From an uncultured Pelagibacteraceae bacterium (GTDB taxonomy: Bacteria; Pseudomonadota; Alphaproteobacteria; Pelagibacterales; Pelagibacteraceae), in assembly GCA_902582165.1 (NCBI GenBank), contig CACHQZ010000003.1, positions 19,816 through 83,815 of the forward strand: a stretch of DNA of 64,000 nt. The letters are read 5' to 3'. The position numbers and the translations under genes are program-made. Below are positions 50,605 to 59,629 of this stretch, piece by piece (position 1 is the first letter of the stretch; each line of letters begins with the position of its first letter). The notes below the pieces were generated by a model that did not search any database, was not told the origin of the DNA, and worked only from the letters and a program-made list of their open reading frames with translations.

Positions 50605-51165
50605 ATGAATCCCACATCAAATAAAAGTGATTTTGAAGATCTGACAACGAATTTAAAAGATTTAGCTTTTTCATATCTTGAAAAATATAATCCCTCTAAA
50701 CAACAGCTTAAGATATATTTAATGAAGAAGTACCTCACAAAAATAAAAGGAACTAAATCAAAAAAAGAAGTTTCATTGCTAATAGAACAAATTGTTTCAA
50801 ATTTAGAGAAAAATAAAATTTTAAGTGATGAATTATATTCTGACTCTAAGGCTCGAATGTTCTTAAGAAGAGGTTATTCCTTAAATAAGATAAATCAATC
50901 TTTAAGAAGCAAAGGCATCGAAGATAAGTATATAAAGCTAACACTTGAAAAAATTAAAGAAAATGAAATAGAACCTGACTTTGTATCTGCATTAAAACTT
51001 TGTAAAAGGAGGCGAATTGGGCCACTTAGAGCGGCAAGTAATCGTGAGATTTTTTTTAAAAAAGATATGGGGGTGTTAGCTAGAGGCGGATTTAGTTTTG
51101 AAATGTCGAAAAGAGTTTTAAACCTTGAAATTGAAGAATTTAATAAGTTAATCAAGCTTATTTGA
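50605..51165 (+). CDS. recX: Regulatory protein RecX
   Basis: AFSYLEKY, LSDELY, RRGYS...L.SKGI, RRRIGP, LARGGF. Confidence 0.8.
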   Translation: MNPTSNKSDFEDLTTNLKDLAFSYLEKYNPSKQQLKIYLMKKYLTKIKGTKSKKEVSLLIEQIVSNLEKNKILSDELYSDSKARMFLRRGYSLNKINQSLRSKGIEDKYIKLTLEKIKENEIEPDFVSALKLCKRRRIGPLRAASNREIFFKKDMGVLARGGFSFEMSKRVLNLEIEEFNKLIKLI

Positions 51166-51291
51166 TTTTCTTTTTTTTTCTTCCTCCAAAAGAATATCAA
51201 GTTTTCTTTTAAGTAGATTTCTTACTAAAATAAAAAATAATACACCAAAAAAAGTTACAGAAATTATTATAATTAAAATAGTTTTAATCAT
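51148..51291 (-). CDS. 47-aa single-TM protein MIKTILIIIISVTFFGVLFFILVRNLLKRKLDILLEEEKKRKSNKLD
   Basis: Manual translation. Start overlaps the cysQ stop (ATGATTAA). Confidence 0.6.
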   Translation of the reverse strand: MIKTILIIIISVTFFGVLFFILVRNLLKRKLDILLEEEKKRKSNKLD

Positions 51292-52063
51292 TTAAATTTT
51301 CTGAGCGTTTTATCAAAAGACTTGGATTTGCATAATCTTCCTTTCCATACAAAAAAGGTTTTTCATCTAAAGTTTTAATTATTGCACCTGCATTTTGCGC
51401 TACAGCATGCCCAGCTGCATAATCCCATTCGTTAGCTCGTTCTCTAGCTGCATAAATATCATATTCACCAGTGGCTATTACACAAAACTTATAAGAACTT
51501 GCCATTTTTACAATTGAAGTAACATTATATTTTTTTAATTTATTTAGAATTACATCTGATGGTTTATATACACTCGATAATGCAACAACTTTACCTTTGG
51601 GTTGTTTTTTTTTACAGTTAATTTTGACCGTTTGATTATTTTCAATTAAATAACTTTCATCTGGAGCATAAGTAAAAAATAGTCTATTTTTTTTTGGAAC
51701 ACCCACAAGTCCTAGAACCGGCACAGTATTAATCACTAAAGCAGCATTGATAGTGTATTCATCTTTTCCAGCAATATATTCTTTAGTGCCATCTATCGGA
51801 TCAATTAGCCAAAAAACTTTAGAGGTATTTTTTATTTTCAGGTCTACAGTTTCCTCAGATATAATTTTAATATTTGGAGTTAAATCAAGAATTTTTTTCG
51901 TAACTATTTCATCTACCTTCAAGTCACCATTACTAACTGGGGAATTGTCTTTTTTTATATTAATTTTCAATCCCTCTTTATAAAGTTTAATCGACTCTTT
52001 TCCTGCATATTGAAAAGTCTCAATTAAAGACTCTGCTATTTTTTTTAGATCATTTTTATTCAT
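51284..52063 (-). CDS. cysQ: 3'(2'),5'-bisphosphate nucleotidase CysQ
   Basis: KKDNSPV, ISEE, WLIDPIDGTKEY, EWDYAAGHA. Confidence 0.88.
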   Translation of the reverse strand: MNKNDLKKIAESLIETFQYAGKESIKLYKEGLKINIKKDNSPVSNGDLKVDEIVTKKILDLTPNIKIISEETVDLKIKNTSKVFWLIDPIDGTKEYIAGKDEYTINAALVINTVPVLGLVGVPKKNRLFFTYAPDESYLIENNQTVKINCKKKQPKGKVVALSSVYKPSDVILNKLKKYNVTSIVKMASSYKFCVIATGEYDIYAARERANEWDYAAGHAVAQNAGAIIKTLDEKPFLYGKEDYANPSLLIKRSENLND

Positions 52064-52229
52064 TTTTGACCTTTTCTAAAGTTACATGTTCCACATTAAT
52101 TACTTTTTTTCCAAAATTTTCGAAGTTTACCGTGACTTTGTTACCTATAATCGACTGAATTTGTCCAATTCCCCACTCTAAATTTGCAGGGTTTTTTACA
52201 TAATCACCTGGTTCAAAATCAATAAGCAT
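52056..52229 (-). CDS. DUF3553 family protein (57 aa)
   Basis: Manual translation MLIDFEPGDYVKNPANLEWGIGQIQSIIGNKVTVNFENFGKKVINVEHVTLEKVKNE. Confidence 0.85.
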   Translation of the reverse strand: MLIDFEPGDYVKNPANLEWGIGQIQSIIGNKVTVNFENFGKKVINVEHVTLEKVKNE

Positions 52230-52269
52230 TATGGAAAATAAATAGTAAATATATTATACACTTTAAAAT

Positions 52270-53397
52270 ATGAATTCTCTAGGCATTAAAAAACCAAACA
52301 AAGAAACTAAAGTTGTTGTTGCTATGTCTGGAGGCGTTGACTCTTCAGTTGTCGCTGCTTTAATGAAAGAAGAGGGTTATGATGTCACTGGTATTACATT
52401 AAAACTATATGATGATACTAAACAATCTAAAGAAAGCAGACAATGCTGCGCTGGACAAGATATTCTAGATGCTAAAAGAGTATCAGAAAAACTGAGTATT
52501 AATCACAAAATTTTATATTATCAAAAAAAATTTAAATCAGAAGTAATCGATTCTTTTATTGATAGTTATGCAGCAGGAGAGACTCCTATACCTTGTGTTC
52601 AATGCAATCAAACTGTTAAGTTTAGAGATTTATTTAGGTACGCTAAAGACTTAAATGCTGATGCGCTTATTACAGGCCATTACGTTTCTAGAATTCAAAA
52701 AAATGGACAAGCTAGCATGTATAGAGCTAAAGACCACAATAGGGATCAAAGCTATTTTTTATTTAATACCACACAGGAGCAACTTAATTATTTAAGATTC
52801 CCATTGGGAGAAATCGAGAAATCAGAGACAAGATCTATTGCAAAGAAATTAAATTTAAACGTAGCTGATAAACCAGATAGTCAGGATATTTGTTTTGTTC
52901 CTAATGGAGATTATAGCTCTGTAATAAAAAAATTTAGACCTGAATCATTTAAAAGAGGTAAGATCATTGATTTATCTGGTAATCAAATTGGTGAACATGA
53001 AGGTATTATTAATTATACTATAGGTCAAAGAAAGGGAATAAAAATTTCAAGTGACAAACCTCTTTATGTAATAAATATTAATGCTGAAAATAATACATTA
53101 ATAGTTGGAAAAAAAGAAAACTTAGAAATAAAAGAAATATTCTTAAGAGATTTAAATATTTTAGCTGCAAAAAAAGAATTTAACGAAATCGTAAATATAA
53201 AAGTAAGATCTACAGGCAGGCTACTCAAATCAAAAATAAATTTTATAAATAATAATGCTAAAGTTAAAATTTTAGACAGAGAAACAGGAATTTCACCCGG
53301 ACAAGCCTGTGTTTTTTACTCAAAAGACAAGGTTGGGGATAAAGTTTTAGGTGGTGGATGGATTGATAAGACTTTTAATAATTTTTTATCCACTTAA
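52270..53397 (+). CDS. mnmA: tRNA-specific 2-thiouridylase
   Basis: [48 protein letters not shown]. Confidence 0.97.
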   Translation: MNSLGIKKPNKETKVVVAMSGGVDSSVVAALMKEEGYDVTGITLKLYDDTKQSKESRQCCAGQDILDAKRVSEKLSINHKILYYQKKFKSEVIDSFIDSYAAGETPIPCVQCNQTVKFRDLFRYAKDLNADALITGHYVSRIQKNGQASMYRAKDHNRDQSYFLFNTTQEQLNYLRFPLGEIEKSETRSIAKKLNLNVADKPDSQDICFVPNGDYSSVIKKFRPESFKRGKIIDLSGNQIGEHEGIINYTIGQRKGIKISSDKPLYVININAENNTLIVGKKENLEIKEIFLRDLNILAAKKEFNEIVNIKVRSTGRLLKSKINFINNNAKVKILDRETGISPGQACVFYSKDKVGDKVLGGGWIDKTFNNFLST

Positions 53398-53467
53398 TTA
53401 ACAATCCTTTCTAAGACACGCATTAAGTGATTATAAATTTTTGAGACATGTGATTTAATGATTTTAA

Positions 53468-53638
53468 TTAAGAGGCAACTCTTAACTGGCCATTTAAGGA
53501 AAAACCGAGAGGTTCAAGCTTAAAGGGCAGAAAGATGAACCTAGTAGCGCTAGAATAGTTCATCGGCAAGGTTCGGCGGTAGCGCCTAAAACGACGAGCC
53601 AAAACTACTAAATTTCTGGGCGAAAGCCTAGAAATTTA
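53468..53638 (+). ncRNA. Candidate structured non-coding RNA (five hairpins)
   Basis: GC-enriched island between convergent genes. Stems are capped by GCAA, GAGA and GAAA tetraloops, and two carry GTAGCGC. Confidence 0.7.
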
Positions 53639-54337
53639 AGTGGTTCTTCTCCAAAAAATTCTTGAAAGAATATAAAACAAAATAACACCAACAAAATAAT
53701 TCCATTCTAAAGCATGTTTAAAGTGCGTATTACCTGATTTAATTAAAATTGGTAAGCTAGACAAACCAACAACTATTAAAATAGCAACTAATATAATTTT
53801 AAAAAATAAAACTTTTTTATTAATTAAATCTTTAATCTTATTTTTTATTTTTAAAAAATGATAGACTAATATTCCTTGAGCAATTATCTCAAAAATGATG
53901 AACAAAAGTAATACAACTCTCCTGAACAATTTATATATCTGGATATCAAATTTTATTCCAAGAAATACTGAGTGAATAGCTAAAAAAATTGCAGATAAAA
54001 TACCGAAAGTTTTGAATTTATAACTAATATCTGTAGATTTGAAATTATTTATTAATATATTACTATTTTTCCAATAATAATAAAGCAATAAAGCAGTCAA
54101 CCACATTGCCGGTTTAAAAATTAAATACTGAGGAAAAGTTCTAGATGCTCTGCTAATCGACAGGCTTCCATCTAAATAAGGAATAGAAAACTTTGATCTA
54201 CCGATTTGATCAACTCTTAAAAATGTATTCTCTAAAAATTCAGGGTTTTGTGAAATTAACAAACAAAGATTAATTGCGATTAAAGGAATTAAAAAAATCC
54301 ATAAACTCAACTTTCGAATTTGAGTAATTTCATGCAT
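53636..54337 (-). CDS. Hypothetical membrane protein
   Basis: About six TMs; PYLDG..SISRASR, FKPAM, LEWN. Confidence 0.7.
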   Translation of the reverse strand: MHEITQIRKLSLWIFLIPLIAINLCLLISQNPEFLENTFLRVDQIGRSKFSIPYLDGSLSISRASRTFPQYLIFKPAMWLTALLLYYYWKNSNILINNFKSTDISYKFKTFGILSAIFLAIHSVFLGIKFDIQIYKLFRRVVLLLFIIFEIIAQGILVYHFLKIKNKIKDLINKKVLFFKIILVAILIVVGLSSLPILIKSGNTHFKHALEWNYFVGVILFYILSRIFWRRTT

Positions 54338-54352
54338 AAAAATATGTAATGA

Positions 54353-54436
54353 TTATTTTTTTTTATTTCTTTTTCTAGCTCTTCTTTTTTTCGAGCCTAT
54401 TTTTCTTCTACCTCTATGTTTTTTAGGGTAACCCAT
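54353..54436 (-). CDS. 27-aa Lys/Arg-rich protein MGYPKKHRGRRKIGSKKRRARKRNKKK
   Basis: Manual translation. AGGAGG lies 7 nt before the ATG. Confidence 0.75.
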   Translation of the reverse strand: MGYPKKHRGRRKIGSKKRRARKRNKKK

Positions 54437-54502
54437 ATTTTTGCCTCCTTTTTAATATCTTAATTTGCTAATTAATATATAAGTTTGAATTATACTTATT
54501 TT

Positions 54503-55699
54503 ATGAAAAAGTCTATAAGCACATTTTTAAAACATCCTACTAAGGATAACACTAATCGATCAGCTAATCCCCCTGTAGCGAGAGCTTCAACTATATTATT
54601 CAACTCTATGCAAGAAATGCATAAACATGAGTTAAAAATTAAAAAACATCAAAAAGTTACTCATTATACTTATGGAAGATACGGTAGCACTACAACCATT
54701 GAATTAGAAAATATTTTAAAAGAGCTAGAACAAGCTTATCACGTTTTTTTAACAGGAACAGGTTTTGGCGGCATAGCTTTGGCTTTAATGTCTATTTGCA
54801 GACCAGGGGACGAAATAATCGTTTCAGATAACGTTTATGGCCCTACTAAAGAAATATCACAAGAACTTATGAAACAGTTTAACGTAACCGCTAAGTTTTA
54901 TAATCCAGATTCTTTTGAGGATTTAAAAGAAAAAATTTCAAATAAAACTAAGATGATTTTGGTGGAGAATCCAGGAAGCAATACTTTTGAATTTCAAGAT
55001 TTATCTAAAATTGTTCATTTAGCGAAAATGAAAAAAATTTATACTTTATTAGATAATACTTGGGGAACACCACTATTTCTTAAACCGTTAAAGCTAGGTT
55101 TTGATATGTCTTTTTGTTCAGCTACAAAGTACTTCTCAGGACATTCTGATGCTATGGGAGGATCATTAGCAGTAAACAAAAAAGTTTTTAATAAGATAAT
55201 GTTTTTTTATAAATTGTCGGGATACAGAATGTCTGCTGATGAGGCTTATTTAATAATTAGAGGCTTAAGGACATTAGATACTAGATTAAAAAAACATAGC
55301 GAGAACACAAAAATAGTAATAAATTTTTTAAAAAAACAAAAAAAAGTTAAAGAAATTCTTTATCCCCACAAATCTTCAGGTAAAAATTACAAACTTTGGA
55401 AAAAATATTATAGTGGCGCCACGGGTTTACTTTCAATAGTTGTGAAAAGTAAAAAAAAATCTTCAGTAATAAATTTTGTAAATTCTCTCGAGTTATTTGG
55501 CATTGGATATAGCTGGGGTGGATTTGAAAGTCTTGCGATCCTACAAGAAATTAAAAACCCCAAGAAGGACGAGTATTTAAAAGGGCGTCATTTTAATCGA
55601 TATAATAAAGACGAATTTATTGTTAGACTCCATATAGGTCTTGAAGATCCGAAAGATTTAATTTTTGATTTAAAACAAGGTTTAAAAAAAATTAAGTAA
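54503..55699 (+). CDS. metC: Cystathionine beta-lyase
   Basis: NPPVARASTI, YGRYG, DNTW, ATKYFSGHSD, IGYSWGGFES, RLHIGLED. Confidence 0.92.
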   Translation: MKKSISTFLKHPTKDNTNRSANPPVARASTILFNSMQEMHKHELKIKKHQKVTHYTYGRYGSTTTIELENILKELEQAYHVFLTGTGFGGIALALMSICRPGDEIIVSDNVYGPTKEISQELMKQFNVTAKFYNPDSFEDLKEKISNKTKMILVENPGSNTFEFQDLSKIVHLAKMKKIYTLLDNTWGTPLFLKPLKLGFDMSFCSATKYFSGHSDAMGGSLAVNKKVFNKIMFFYKLSGYRMSADEAYLIIRGLRTLDTRLKKHSENTKIVINFLKKQKKVKEILYPHKSSGKNYKLWKKYYSGATGLLSIVVKSKKKSSVINFVNSLELFGIGYSWGGFESLAILQEIKNPKKDEYLKGRHFNRYNKDEFIVRLHIGLEDPKDLIFDLKQGLKKIK

Positions 55700-56922
55700 T
55701 GAAAAATTTTTTTCCAAATAAAACTGCATTGTTTGCTTTAGTTGCTGCATGTTTTGTTGTTTGTGCAACTATGGGAGTAAGACAAACATTTGGACTTTAC
55801 TCAAGTGAATTTGAGATAAGCGGGGGAACATCAAATACAGAATTTGGATTAGCGATTGCAGTTCACGCAATCTTTTGGGGAATTTTTACACCAATTTTTG
55901 GAAGAATTTCAGACAGATTAGGTGGATATGTTGTAATCGTTCCCGCTTTAATTTTCTATTCTGCATCAATGCTGCTAATGGGAAATAACTTCATTTCAGG
56001 TATGTGGCTACAAATTAATTTAGGTCTGCTTGTTGGTTTGGGTTTAGCTGGCGCTGCCGGAACTATTCTTACCCCTATGATTTCAAAACATTTTCCAAAT
56101 GAAAATAGAAGTAAAGCAGCAGGAATTGTTACAGCTTGCGGAGGTTTAGGAATGTTTATTTTTCCTATTTTGGCAAATATTTTTAAAAATATTTCTACTT
56201 GGCAAATGTCTTTTATTATTTTTTCGATTATTCTATTTTTAATGTGTATACCTGGGTTTTTTGTTAAACTTCCTAAAAATCAAGTATCAAATCTAAATAC
56301 TAATATTGACAATCGAAGCTTAAAAGAAGTTTTAAAGGAATCCTTTGCACATAAAGGTTTCAGATTATTAGTTTTAGGTTTTTTTGTTTGCGGTTTTCAA
56401 ATTACTTTAATAGCTACTCATGTCCCAAGATATGTTCAAGATAAAGGGTTAGCAGATTGGACAGGAATGGCTATTTTAGCGTTAATTGGTTTTTTCAATA
56501 TTATTGGAACTTTAGTAATGGGTTATTTAGGAGATAAATATAGTAAAAAGATACTTTTAAGTGGGCTTTATTTTTTAAGAGGGATAACATTAATTCTATT
56601 TATTTTTTTACCAGCCTCAAATTTGTCTGCTGTACTGTTCGGTACATCTTTCGGATTATTATGGCTCGCTACTGTACCAGCTACTAACGGCATCGTTGCT
56701 CAAATTTTTGGAACAAAAAATTTATCTCTTCTTTTTGGCATAGTATTCCTTAATCATCAATTCGGATCATTTTTGGGTGCTTACTTAGGAGGTTATTTTT
56801 ACGATCAATTTGGAAGTTTTGATTATGCTTGGTATCTAGCTATAACCTTATCATTTGTTGCCACAGCTCTTCACCTTCCAATAGATGAAAAGCCCTTGGA
56901 AACTGTGAATAAAACTATCTAA
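55699..56922 (+). CDS. MFS transporter
   Basis: GRISDRLG, GFFVCGF, HQFGSFLG; about 12 TMs. Confidence 0.9.
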   Translation: MKNFFPNKTALFALVAACFVVCATMGVRQTFGLYSSEFEISGGTSNTEFGLAIAVHAIFWGIFTPIFGRISDRLGGYVVIVPALIFYSASMLLMGNNFISGMWLQINLGLLVGLGLAGAAGTILTPMISKHFPNENRSKAAGIVTACGGLGMFIFPILANIFKNISTWQMSFIIFSIILFLMCIPGFFVKLPKNQVSNLNTNIDNRSLKEVLKESFAHKGFRLLVLGFFVCGFQITLIATHVPRYVQDKGLADWTGMAILALIGFFNIIGTLVMGYLGDKYSKKILLSGLYFLRGITLILFIFLPASNLSAVLFGTSFGLLWLATVPATNGIVAQIFGTKNLSLLFGIVFLNHQFGSFLGAYLGGYFYDQFGSFDYAWYLAITLSFVATALHLPIDEKPLETVNKTI

Positions 56923-56923
56923 G

Positions 56924-57004
56924 GTTGTAAATTGAGTCCCTAAGTGAATCAAAAGTGAATCAAAACGTGAACATTTTATATTTACAACTCAAAATTGTGG
57001 ATAA
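56924..57004. promoter_or_regulatory. Repeat/GANTC cluster with flanking inverted repeat and DnaA box
   Basis: GTTGTAAAT/ATTTACAAC inverted repeat encloses GAGTC, GTGAATCAAAA x2 and GTGAAC. TGTGGATAA at 56996-57004. Confidence 0.5.
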
Positions 57005-57061
57005 TTTTTTTATTTAATCATTTAAATTTTTTTTATAGGCTTGAATTAACAAAGGAGAAAT

Positions 57062-57730
57062 ATGTTTTCATCAAATCTAGGAAAAAAATTAGACAAATAC
57101 CATTTACTCAAACACCCATTTTATCAAGTTTACTGGAATGAAGGTAAATTGAATAGAGAGATTATAAAAGACTATGCTGAACAGTATTATCAGCATGTGA
57201 AAGCATTCCCAAGATACATAAGCGCAACTCATTCTATTTGTGAAGACATAGAGAAAAGAAGAATTCTTTTAGAAAATTTGCAAGATGAAGAAAATAAGGA
57301 TGGTGATCATCCTAGACTTTGGAAAAATTTTGCTAAAGCTTTAGGAGCTGATGAGAAAAAAATAGAAATTGCAAAACTTGATTGGTTTACACAAGATATG
57401 ATTGATAATTTTTTTGCTCAAGCAAGAAAATCTTATGCTGAAGGTTTAGCATCATTATATACTTATGAAAGGCAAATTCCTGAAATAGCAGAGACTAAAA
57501 TCCAAGGATTAAAAAAATTCTATGGAGTTAATTCAAAAGAAGGATTAGAATTTTTTGAAGCACATAAATCTGCGGACATTATTCATAGAGCTGAATGTGA
57601 AAAACTTTTGGATGGACTTTCTGAAGAGGAACAAAAGAAGGCCGAAAATGCTTCTTTGTTAACTGCTAGATATTTATGGAATTTCTTAAGCGGGATGGTC
57701 TCTAAGCACAAGCTTCAAGAAGCAGCCTAA
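57062..57730 (+). CDS. CADD-like (PqqC/TenA-fold diiron) protein, putative p-aminobenzoate synthase
   Basis: LLKHPFYQ, HVKAFPRYISA.HS, ENLQDEE..HP.LW, YTYERQIPEIAETKIQGL, H..AD..H. Confidence 0.85.
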   Translation: MFSSNLGKKLDKYHLLKHPFYQVYWNEGKLNREIIKDYAEQYYQHVKAFPRYISATHSICEDIEKRRILLENLQDEENKDGDHPRLWKNFAKALGADEKKIEIAKLDWFTQDMIDNFFAQARKSYAEGLASLYTYERQIPEIAETKIQGLKKFYGVNSKEGLEFFEAHKSADIIHRAECEKLLDGLSEEEQKKAENASLLTARYLWNFLSGMVSKHKLQEAA

Positions 57731-57787
57731 TTATAAAAAAAGTCGTGATTGACAATTTAGTTCAAGAGGAATACCTATGAACTATAA

Positions 57788-58882
57788 ATGGAAATATATC
57801 TTCCTATAGTTCAAGTTCACATTGATATAATTACAATTTTATTTATTAGTTTTGCAGTCGGAGTTCTCTCGGGTTTATTTGGTGTAGGTGGAGGCTTTTT
57901 AATGACACCATTTCTAATATTTTTAGGAATTCCACCTGTTTATGCAGTTCCAAATGAAATAAACAATATATTAGCAACTTCAGTATCTGGATCAATGACT
58001 CACTGGTTTAAAAATACTTTAGATTACAAAATGGGCCTGATGATAATTATTGGAGGTGTTGTAGGAACTATTCTAGGTATTATTTCGTTTACTTTTTTCA
58101 AAGAAACTGGGAAATTAAGTTTAATTATCTCATTATCATATATGTATCTACTTGCGATTATCGGTACATTGATGCTCATTGAGGGTGCTAAAGAAATTGA
58201 TAGGGCTAGAAAAAAATTAATTTTAAAACAAAAATTACACACACACTATTGGATACATGGGTTGCCATTAAAGCTTCGATTCCCGAAATCAAGACTTTAC
58301 GAAAGTGCTTTTACGCCAATCTTGCTTGGTATTATAGTTGGGTTCGTTGCAGCGTTAATTGGGGTGGGGGGAGCCTTTTTAATGGTGCCTGCAATGATTT
58401 ATTTAATAGGTATGCCAGTAAAATTTATACCTGGAACTTCTTTATTTGTTACAGTTTTTATAAGTGCACTAGTAACTATACTGCACGCATTTAATTATGG
58501 CTCTATAGATTTGATTTTAGTAATTATTTTAGTGATAGGATCTATTATTGGAGTACAGGTTGGCCAGAAAGTTGGACAATATTTAGATAGCTCACATTTA
58601 AAAACTTTATTCGCAATGTTGTTATGCACAGTTGCTATAGCAATTGCATATGACACATTTTTTTATGAGGGAGCAAGGCAATTAAAAGACGCTGAAATAG
58701 TAAACTTTGAGAACCTTAACTTATTTTCTAAATTTATCTCAAAATTATCTGAAAATAATCCACTTCTTTATGGATCAATGGCAATACTTTTAGCTATTTT
58801 ATTAGGAATAATAGGTGCGGGCGGTAGACAATTATTGAGTAAATATAAACACGTTTTCTTAATTACAAAAAAATTAAATTAA
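57788..58882 (+). CDS. TauE/SafE sulfite exporter family protein
   Basis: SGLFGVGGGFLMTP and GVGGAFLMVPAM repeats. Confidence 0.88.
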   Translation: MEIYLPIVQVHIDIITILFISFAVGVLSGLFGVGGGFLMTPFLIFLGIPPVYAVPNEINNILATSVSGSMTHWFKNTLDYKMGLMIIIGGVVGTILGIISFTFFKETGKLSLIISLSYMYLLAIIGTLMLIEGAKEIDRARKKLILKQKLHTHYWIHGLPLKLRFPKSRLYESAFTPILLGIIVGFVAALIGVGGAFLMVPAMIYLIGMPVKFIPGTSLFVTVFISALVTILHAFNYGSIDLILVIILVIGSIIGVQVGQKVGQYLDSSHLKTLFAMLLCTVAIAIAYDTFFYEGARQLKDAEIVNFENLNLFSKFISKLSENNPLLYGSMAILLAILLGIIGAGGRQLLSKYKHVFLITKKLN

Positions 58883-59623
58883 AGCTCTAATTAATCCAAA
58901 AATTGAGACTAAAATTAAAAAGTAAAGCACGTACTTTTTATAATTTTCTTTTGAGCTTCCAGTAAATAATTTTGTACCAATTGAAACACCAAAGGGAACA
59001 ATAAAAATTAAAGGTAAAGTTCTATAAACTACAACGTAGTTTAATATATCATTAAAATAAGCAAGAATTAAAGCATATAGATCAGTGAAAAAAAATAGAG
59101 CTGCTAAAGATGCCCTAATTACTGCTGGCTCAGCTGCAATTATTAAGAAATACAATGCAATCGGTAATCCAGCCAAAGTACCAAACCCATTAACTGTTCC
59201 AGCTGTTGCTCCAACAAAAAATTTAGAAATATTTTGATTTAATTTTTTGTTTTTATAACCACGTAATAATAAAAAAGCAAAAATAAGCACAGTTATCGAA
59301 ATTATTAAATGAGTTACTCTTGGCTCCAAAATAGAAAGAAGGCGCACACCAAATGGAGTCCCAATTGACACCCCTACAAGCAAATAAAAAACGAATTTCC
59401 AATTAATTTTTTTCCATATACTTGGTATCATAAAAAAACTTGCTATTATTTCTAACAATAAGATTATTGGTACAATTTCTTTTGGTGGTAAAATAAAAGA
59501 TAACAATGAAACACTTGATGCTGAAAAACCAAAGCCACTAAAACCCCTAACAGTCGACGCAAAAAGTATAATTCCACAAAAAAATAAAAACTCTAAAAAT
59601 GATAAATCAATCGTTGTTAACAT
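58874..59623 (-). CDS. TauE/SafE family protein
   Basis: VRGFSGFGF, GTLAGLP. Confidence 0.85.
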   Translation of the reverse strand: MLTTIDLSFLEFLFFCGIILFASTVRGFSGFGFSASSVSLLSFILPPKEIVPIILLLEIIASFFMIPSIWKKINWKFVFYLLVGVSIGTPFGVRLLSILEPRVTHLIISITVLIFAFLLLRGYKNKKLNQNISKFFVGATAGTVNGFGTLAGLPIALYFLIIAAEPAVIRASLAALFFFTDLYALILAYFNDILNYVVVYRTLPLIFIVPFGVSIGTKLFTGSSKENYKKYVLYFLILVSIFGLIRALI

Positions 59624-59629
59624 ACAAAA

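Noticed and set aside
53468-53638. tRNA, 6S RNA or plain terminator
   Set aside because: No cloverleaf or T-loop and no single long rod. Only the last hairpin could be a terminator, leaving four stems unexplained.
56944-56972. CRISPR array or LexA box
   Set aside because: There are only two 11-bp units with no spacers or cas genes. The half-sites are GAAT rather than the GAAC-N7-GAAC alphaproteobacterial consensus, so LexA is not asserted.
53386-57004. Replication origin suggested by DnaA-like boxes (TTATCCACT at 53386, TGTGGATAA at 56996)
   Set aside because: The boxes are isolated and 3.6 kb apart, with no box cluster or origin-linked genes.
57062-57730. pqqC or tenA
   Set aside because: There are no other pqq or thiamine genes nearby, and the motifs fit the CADD subgroup better.
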